Assembly: GCF_009914755.1 (NCBI RefSeq)
Contig: NC_060928.1
Origin: the human T2T-CHM13v2.0 reference genome, Homo sapiens
Strand: one strand, 5' to 3'
DNA: 64,000 bases
The notes beneath the pieces are model-generated. The model made no database searches, was not told where the DNA came from, and worked only from the letters and a program-made list of their open reading frames with translations. A program made the position numbers and the translations under genes. Positions 51,946 through 64,000 of the stretch are shown piece by piece (positions within the stretch are counted from its first letter, which is position 1; each line of letters starts with the position of its first letter).

Positions 51946-52919
51946 CTATAAATTGAGAAAAAAAAATTAGGTAGAATTTTCCCTACTTTTGAGTATGTAA
52001 AGTGTTTTTAATATGTATTTATGTACACAAACACACACACAGTTTTGTGTGTATATACATACACACATACAAACAAAGGACAGATAACAAAAGCTGGGCA
52101 GCAATTTTCTTACCATTCCTGAGGTATTCTACAAACAAAGCAATAAACTGTCCTGAATTACTACTTTTATTTTTCAGAAGAATAGTAAATGACTTATTTT
52201 TCAAAAATACATTTCACTATTGTTTCCTTAGACTAAGAAACCATTTTCCTACTGTAAAATACACTACAGTTAGAAAAACCACTGCACATAAAAGCCTATG
52301 TAATCCACAATGTTATTGAAACATTTAATCCTAAAAATATTGAAACAGTTAATCAACACTAAAAATAATAGAAGTAAACAAGGAAAATAATACAACTGAG
52401 TAAGAAAACAGTATTTTATTTTAAATCTTGGTATCTGGGATGACTCCGTCTACTAAAAATTCATTAGTAGTTTGTCTATTAATAGGATAATTATTGTAAC
52501 TCCTCTGGGAAGATGTCTTAAAATGATGCAGGAATCCTGATAGTGCCAAAAATAGCCATATAAAACCTTAGTGCTGGATCTTCAGGAAAATATTTGATAT
52601 TTATGGAAACTCAAGGGAGCAATTACCAATAAAGGGTATCTGGTTCCCTCTTTTCTAGATAAGATAGGCTGTGACTACCCAAATACCCAGGGGAAAACCA
52701 GTCAGAAGGAGAGGACGATGAATAAAATAGAGATGGCTACTTGCTTTCTTATTTTTGAGGTATGATGTAACTATTAGCTCTCCTATATAATGCAAAGGGG
52801 CATCTGCCTCATACAAACTTATATCTGCCATGTAAAAAATATAAAACTCTTTTTCAAAGGAACATGAATTTACTTTAAAGTAATTAAATATAGCTTCCTA
52901 CATTCTTATGATTTCTTAG

Positions 52920-53320
<401 letters not shown>

Positions 53321-53724
53321 AAGAACTCAAATTCTAAAGACACAATCTCAGAATAACAAATCTCAAAGGTTATTTGAGAAAGACAAAAACCCACTGCTTA
53401 AAATGTTAGAAATGCGCTCCCTAAAAGTCTCAGAACAAATTTTTAAGAATGTCATATAAACAGTTTATGTACAGAAATTATTTATTTAAACCTTTGCTAC
53501 ACATGCATACAAATTCCTATAAAAGTCTCTGAAACACTTCACAAAAGTGTATTACCTAGGAAAAAAGAAAACTATAAAATTTATCTTCTCAAACACTAAT
53601 AAAATTCCCATTTTAAAAAGTATACTATGTAACACAAAGTTCCACTGAAAACTCATATGGCTGTATTTCATTAAGCTATAGTGCAATAAAATAAAGGAAG
53701 AAAATGTAAGAGACAAAGTTTTGC

Positions 53725-53874
53725 CTTATAGTGATTATCCGGTCTCCAGTCTTGTCTTTCTGTTTATCAATATCTATGTGTGCACCAGTAAACTCCCGAA
53801 TAGCATTGATATTACAGCCTCCTCTTCCAATCACTCTGGATATCACAGTTGATGGAACAGATACTTTCTTTGAC
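53725..53874 (-). CDS. ANKRD17: ANKRD17 KH-domain exon (150 nt), followed by a GC donor
   Basis: aaacag|G TCA. Encodes SKKVSVPSTVISRVIGRGGCNINAIREFTGAHIDIDKQKDKTGDRIITIR with the GxxG KH motif. The in-frame join to GGTESTR requires the donor AAG|GCAAAA. Confidence 0.93.
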
Positions 53875-54273
53875 CTGTTTAAAAGTTGTATATATAAATT
53901 AAGATTAGTCATTAACAATAGTTATTGTAATTTTTAAAAGAGGAAAGAGTATTACTAAAATGTCTTTCTATAAATACAGAATATTGTTGAATAAGCCTCT
54001 TCTATTTACTCTTACTCTAGATGAACAGAGAAAAGGCAATCAGGAGCAACAGACAGATAAGCTTTATTATAGCTTCTCATCTCACTATCAAAGATTGTTT
54101 GCTTTGTTGATTATCATTCTTCACTTGTATCGGTAAAGCACATACTATGTAGACACGTGCTGTGCTAATGCAAATACTAACGGTAAATAAGACAGACATG
54201 GGTTTCTGCCCACATATATTGACTATCTACACGCTAATTATGAAAACACCACCATGTCATGAGTGTTGCAATA

Positions 54274-54408
54274 GTATGTGTGTACACACACACAAATGTA
54301 TTATATATACATATATGTATATATAGACATATATATGTATATACGTATAATATATACATGTATATATGTGTATATATATATATATTATATGTGTGTGTGT
54401 ATATATAC
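54274..54408. repeat. Mixed (TA)n/(TG)n/(CA)n microsatellite
   Basis: Directly visible. Confidence 0.9.
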
Positions 54409-54536
54409 TGGTTGGGCATCTAATCTAGCCTCAAGAGTCAAGAAAGACTTCTTGTGGGCCCCTTTTGGTGCTTTACTCATATGCTTCTTTTTATTCTCTA
54501 ATATACATAACTCAAAGAGTGATGTTAAAAATTCAT

Positions 54537-57438
<2,902 letters not shown>

Positions 57439-57720
57439 TAATCACAGTAATAATCCCTTGGAAACCACAATCCATATTTTTCATGTGCTAAGTTTAACAA
57501 CCAAAAAAAAAAGAAATTACATAGTAAAAATAATTTGATGTCTCATTATATAAAATCTAAACAAAAGCTTATTCTTCAATTCAATTGAAACAGTACCTTC
57601 TTTAGCACAAAGAAAAATCCTATTTTGCAAGTTGCAAATTTACTTTCTTTACCAACAAATTCAGTAATAAGGTATTTCATGATGACACTATAAATATTGA
57701 AAATAAAAATTGGAACTAAC

Positions 57721-58168
57721 TTTATTGAAGCCTTGCCAGAAACAGATTTTCTCTCTTCCTTTGGAAATGTAACAAGAACTGATGGCTGCTTTTTGCTGCT
57801 CACAGTGGTAGTGACCACAGCTGGTGAATGATTGTCACTCTTACGACTGCTGTTGCTGTTACTACTTTCATCGCTGCAGCTGGAAATCCTCATGTTATCA
57901 CTGTCCCCACTCTCGCTGGTACTGCTGCTCTTGGACTCTCCATTCACCTTCTCTGGCTGACTGTATGAAATTGGTAGTGGATCATCAAATATAATTTGAA
58001 CGTTTTCTGGAGTAATTTTATTTTTCCTGTTTTTCCTCTTTGAACTGGTTGTAGTTATGGTATTATTTCTTTTACCATGAGAACCTGCCAAAGTTGTCCA
58101 GGTTGCAGATATACCTATGGTAGTAGTGGTTGTGGCACTTGGAGGTTCTGTCAAGACTTCAGGCTCAT
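57721..58168 (-). CDS. ANKRD17: ANKRD17 exon (448 nt)
   Basis: ttttacag|AT. Encodes EPEVLTEPPSATTTTTIG...SGKASIK. Donor TAAA|GTTAGT. Confidence 0.95.
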
Positions 58169-58391
58169 CTGTAAAAGTAGCAATACTGAATTAGCAAGTT
58201 CTAAGTGTTCCCAGAATGTATTTAGCTATAAGCACTTGAAGAAAAGAAAAACCCAGGAGAGATACTCTACTACTATTAGCCATGTAAGTTATTCTCACAT
58301 TCATCGGTAATGAGCTGGATAGGACTGATATACTCTGTGTACCCACGTTCTGTTCAAAGAATAGCAGGTAGTTATAAAAAATATTTTGGGG

Positions 58392-60154
58392 GGCATTTCT
58401 GGTGCTGGCGTGGCTCCAGGAAGGCCATTCCAGCCATCAATCTTCCACCTGCTCCTTAGAGAAGGGAAGATGAGTGAGTCGAGCTTGAAGTCCAGCCAGC
58501 CCTTGGCCTCCAAGCAGGAAATGGACAGCACTGAGAAGCGGGGCCGGGGCAGGCCCCGCAAGCAGCCTCTGGTGAGTTCCGGGACAGCACTGGTAGGGAG
58601 TCAGAAGGAGCCCAGTGAAGTGCCAACACCTAAGAGACCTTGGGGCCAACCAAAGGGAAGCAAAAACAAGGGAGCTGCCAAGACCCGGAAAACCACCACA
58701 ACTCCAGGAAGGAAACCAAGGGGCAGACCCAAAAAACTGGAGAAGGAGGAAGAGGAGGGCATCTGGCAGGAGTCCTCAGAGGAGGAGCAGTGACCGTGTG
58801 TGCTGCCTGTGCCTCACTGAAGGAGCAGCTTCCTTCTGGGACTGGACAGCTTTTGCTCCGCTCCCACCGCCCCCGCCCCTTTCCCAGGCTCACCATCACC
58901 ACTGCCTCCGGCTGCCACCCCCATCCTTCCACCTGCACCCTCACCACCACACTACACAGCACACCAGCCACTGCAGGGGCCCCATGGGCTGAGTGGGAAG
59001 CAGTTTTCCCCTGGCCTCAGTTCCCAGCTCCCCGCAACCACCCACACATACACACGTACCCTCCTGGACAATGCTAACATCCCACTTAGCCACACCCTGC
59101 ACATGCTGCATCCCCACTCCCTTAGTAGTAGCAACACTGCTCTCTGGTGATGGGGGCACCCTCTCTGCTCCTCCACTGTTCCCTCTGGCTTCCCATAGTG
59201 TGGTCTGGGAGGATTCCCCTGGCCTTAAAAGGGGCCCAAGCCCCATCTCATCCTGGCATGCCCTACTCCACTGCCCTAGCAGCAGGTGTGGCCAATGGAG
59301 GGGGTGCTGGCGCCAGGATTCCCCCAGCCAAACTGTGTTTGTCACTATGTGGGGTTCACACTTTTCATCCTTTCCCACCTCCCCTAGTCCCTGCACTAGG
59401 TTGGACAGTCCCCTTTGGCTACAGGAAGGCAGGAGGGGTGTGAGCCTCTTACTTCCTCTTCACTGTGGCCCCAGCCCCGTTGCCCTCCACCTGGGATCTG
59501 AGTACACATTGCGGTGATGGAGATGCAGTCATTTATTGTCCAGGTGAGGCCCACAAGCCCTGTGGCTACCTGAGATGGGCTGGGGCCGCTCCCCCATACT
59601 TACTTTGCTTCTGCCACTCAGCCATTTCCCCCTCCTCAGAAGGGGCACCAATAACAAGGAGCTCACCCTGCCTGCTCCCAACCCTCCTGCTCCTCCCTGC
59701 CCCCCAAGGTTCTGGTTCCATTTTTCCTCTGTTCACAAACTACCTCTGGACAGTGGTGGTGTTTTTTGTTCAGTGTTCCATTCTTCGACATCCGTTATTG
59801 CTGCCGCTACCAGCACCAAATGTTCATCCTCATTGCCTCCTGTTCTGGCCACGATCCCCTCCCCTAAGATACTCTTTGTGGGGAAGAGGGGCTGGCACAT
59901 GGCAGGCTGGGTGACCGACCACCCCAGTCCCAAGGAAGGTGGGGCCCTGCCCCTAGGATGCTGCAGCAGAGTGAGCAAGGGGGCCTGAATCGACCATAAA
60001 GGGTGTAGGGACCACCCCCTCCCCCTGTTCTGTTGGGGAGGGGTAGCCATGATTTGTTCCAGCCTGGGGCTCTCCCTCTGGTTTCCTATTTGCAGTTACT
60101 TGAATAAAAAAAAAAAACATATATATATATATCCTTTTCTCGGAGAAAAAAAAA
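58392..60154 (+). pseudogene. HMGA1P2: Processed HMGA1a retrocopy (5' UTR, ORF 58470-58793, full 3' UTR, poly-A)
   Basis: Intronless [17 protein letters not shown]...EEEQ with AT-hooks and acidic tail. AATAAA at 60103-60108, A-tail near 60146-60154, imperfect TSD aaaaatattttggggg / aaaaaattgggggg. The symbol is from recalled map position. Confidence 0.93.
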
Positions 60155-60559
60155 TTGGGGGGACAGTTTGGAAAATATAAGTATGTACTGTATATTACGT
60201 ATTATTATGTAATTATTAAATTTCTTAATGTCGTTGCAGTTATGTAAAATAATGTCCTCTTTCTGGGAGATACATAATCAAGTATCTGGGGGTGATTTCA
60301 CATGATATGTATAGCTTACCTCAAACAACTCAAAAAAAGAGAAGACACAACCCATGTGTGCCAAAATGTTTTAAAAATGTAGGTGACATAGAGGTATTTA
60401 CCATATTAATCCTTAAAATTTTCTGTAGTTTGAAAATTTTCAAAATAAAATGCTGGAGAAGGGAAATTAAAAACAAAACAAAACAAAACACACACACACA
60501 TACACACATTGCATGCACATATTTTTGGTGGTTTCATGGCAATGGTTCCTTCCCACAAT

Positions 60560-60850
60560 ACAGTCAGTCCTCTTTATCCATAGATTTAACCAACACTAGA
60601 TTGAAAGTATTCAAAAAACAAAACAAAAAACAAATACGAATTTAAAAAATACAGTATAACAACTATTTACATAGCATTTGCGTTAGGTATTAGAGGTAAT
60701 GTAGAGATGATTTAAAGTATATGGGAGAATGTGCATAATTTTTATGCAAATATTACACCATGTTATATAAAGACTTGAGTATCTGAATTTTGGTATCCGT
60801 GAGGGTCCTGGAAACCATCCCCTGTGGATATAAAGGGACAGGATTACTAT
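60560..60850. mobile_element. MER2 (Tigger MITE)
   Basis: tacagtcagtcctc...acagtataacaactatttacatagcattt...gggtcctggaaaccatcccctgtggata. Confidence 0.82.
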
Positions 60851-61030
60851 ACTTCCATCCCAAATAACCTTTTGATTATAACCTAGTTAAAAATGATTCC
60901 TTCATTTGAAGAAATCGATGATCTGGATTGTAGATGATATTATGAAATTACCATTTATAATACCTAAAATGGTATTATGATGATGTAAGCAAATGTCATT
61001 CTTGGGATGTGGGCTTAATTATTTATAGGT

Positions 61031-61914
<884 letters not shown>

Positions 61915-62027
61915 TATGTTAAGGGGTTAATAACTTGAAAGCATATTTTCAAGAGTGACTGATAATCAAGTAAATATAATTTTAACTAGAATATAAAACA
62001 AATGGGATGGTTGTTAAGAGAAAATAC

Positions 62028-62199
62028 CTTCAACTTTAAGCTTTTCTTTTTCTTGAGCAGCTTGGAGTTCAAAGTTCTCTTTATTTTTGGCTTCAATTTC
62101 TTCTAGTTTCCTTCTTTGTTCTTCCTTTTTCTTCCTTCTCTTCTCTTTTCTTTTTTCTCTTTTCGCAGCCAAAGCCAGCCTCCGACTTTCTTCCCTTAA
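62028..62199 (-). CDS. ANKRD17: ANKRD17 exon (172 nt): coiled-coil and basic NLS
   Basis: tttaacag|TTA. Encodes LREESRRLALAAKREKRKEKRRKKKEEQRRKLEEIEAKNKENFELQAAQEKEKLKVE. Donor AAG|GTATTT. Starts in phase 0; the gene continues beyond the window. Confidence 0.95.
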
Positions 62200-63479
62200 C
62201 TGTTAAAGATCAATAAAGCAGAAATATAACGTTGAAATTTACCCTGGAGAAGAAGTTGTCACATAATCATTTAATCATAAGGAAACCATGATATCATAAA
62301 ATTCAAAGTCATCTAGTTCAATTCATTGTTTTATCAAGATCATATTCAAACCACTCTAAAGAGACAATATTTTTACAATATCAAGATCAAATTAACAATA
62401 TAAGACTAATTTTAAAATGGGTAAATAATAAACAGATACATAGCTTTTAATCATTAAGGACATGTAAGTTGAACCGACAAAATACCATTTTTTGATCATT
62501 AATTTGGCGAAATTTAAAAAGGTATCAGATATCAGCACAAGTTTGAGAAACTGAATTCTCTCCTGTACTGCTGCGGGCATGAATATTTACATTTTAGAAA
62601 AAGTAATTTGAAAGCTTCCTAACAAAAATTACAAACTGCTTATCCCAACAACTTATTATATAAAATGTCTATCTCTAGTGAAAAAACAAGGGTTCAGCAA
62701 TTTTCTTTGCAAATTGATTATAATGGCAATACATGGAAACAAGGTAAGTCTGTCAATGGGAAGGAATAAATTAACAGTATATATTCACAGAATACTAGAT
62801 AGGCACCGTAAGTATTATAAATATGTACTTGGGAAAATGCTCCCAGTTTACATTTGTTAGGAGAAAAAAAGGCACACTGAAGACTAATAATCACTTTTAT
62901 GAGAGAAGAGAACCCTCTTTGTGCATCGATTTGTATAAATACAGAAAAAAAAACCATAAAAGTTATAAATAAAAGGGTAACAGAGACTACCTCTGGAGGG
63001 TGGAACAGGAGGAGGGATAGCAGAATGATGGTGACTTTCAATTTTACTTTATATAACTATACAGTGTTTCTATTTGTTAAAATGAGTACATTATTACTTT
63101 CATAGTCAAAAAACTAACTGTAGGTTTAAAAGTCCAAAAATATATCTTAATAAACTATTTTAACTGTTAAATTTTCCTTCTTGGCTCATAAAGGTATGAA
63201 AATCATCTTCAAACTCTGTCTGCATGTCATCTAAAAGATGTTTTTTAAAAACTATTCTCCACCCATAATCTAGCATTCTGAATTATTTTATGTGTATTTT
63301 AAATATGTGTCAAAACAATGTCAGTTAAGGCATGGAGCCTACAACATGTAAAACCAGTCCTCATAAATTCATAAGCCAAACAATATTTAGTTTTCATTCA
63401 AAAAAGTCTGACTTCATCTTTTAAGTGCTGTGCTTTTGCTAGATACTCTCTGTCCTGCCTTTCAAATTAACCCTCTCCG

Positions 63480-63584
63480 TTTTTTTTTTTTTTTTAAGCC
63501 AAATTTAGCAGCTGGGGGTTGTATACCAACTTTAGTGACACTAACGTTAATAAGTTCTGATAACCCATGACACTCAAACCAGCT
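63480..63584 (-). pseudogene. Y4 RNA (RNY4) retropseudogene with poly-A tail
   Basis: The minus strand reads ...GGGTTATCAGAACTTATTAACGTTAGTGTCACTAAAGTTGGTATACAACCCCCAGCTGCTAAATTTGGCTT plus A16, near-identical to the hY4 core. Confidence 0.92.
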
Positions 63585-64000
63585 CTCTGCTAGGTTCTTG
63601 AAAAGTTTGGCCCACCACCAGGTTTTTACACCCTGCGGTAATGCAACATACTTACCTTAGGCTAGGTGAGAGATAAGTCTTGTTCCTGAAAAGGGCAACA
63701 GTGAAGGAAAACCTGTAGGTAGAATACCCATACTTTCTCCAGCAAATCGATTTTAGGAAAGAATGCATCTAAAAGCTAAAGATACAGAAACTGCCTGCAT
63801 CGTAACCCTGGAAATTTCTGCTGGACTCCCAGAAAGCTCCAGTCTGAAGATCAGTAGAGGAGCTTTTACCCCTGCTGAAGTATTAGGAACAAAACAGTAA
63901 CTGGTGACCTTTACTCCCTGGATCACCACAAGGGAGGAGTAATATCTGATTGGTGAGTTTGAAAGAAGAAACTGAGCATGTGTGACTCAGCTCATTTGAG

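Noticed and set aside
57721-57726. AATAAA abutting an ANKRD17 splice donor
   Set aside because: It is explained by the Ser-Ile-Lys codons, and adjacent U1 binding should suppress cleavage. There is no other evidence of intronic polyadenylation.
58386-60050. TTG-initiated N-terminal extension and many ORFs over the HMGA1 copy
   Set aside because: They derive from GC-rich HMGA1 UTR sequence. The true start is the ATG at 58470.

Overview
Human (primate) genomic DNA from the COX18-ANKRD17 locus, which I recall maps to 4q13.3. On the minus strand are the complete six-exon COX18 gene (CDS 29264 to 17731, 333 aa, or 334 aa via a NAGNAG acceptor) with a CpG-island promoter, and the last ten coding exons plus 3' UTR of ANKRD17 (1136 codons covering a basic NLS, the KH domain and a Ser/Thr/Pro-rich C-terminus). 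All exon phases were checked by hand and join in frame. ANKRD17 introns carry a full-length processed HMGA1 retrocopy with an intact 107-codon ORF and a Y4 RNA retropseudogene. The rest is dense interspersed repeat: roughly 50 Alus, Tigger1, MER82, MER2, MER1B, ERV and MaLR LTRs, and old L1/MIR. There is no prokaryote-type system and no convincing new protein-coding gene. The most interesting items are RNA-processing features: a 1634-nt exon flanked by inverted Alus and preceded by a weak GC-AG intron (circRNA setup), a candidate poison micro-exon, a phase-compatible ANKRD17-COX18 read-through, inverted Alus in the COX18 3' UTR, a COX18 uORF, a non-Alu intronic hairpin, and a young AluYd8 insertion. 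Repeat subfamily names come from recalled consensus sequences and their boundaries are approximate.
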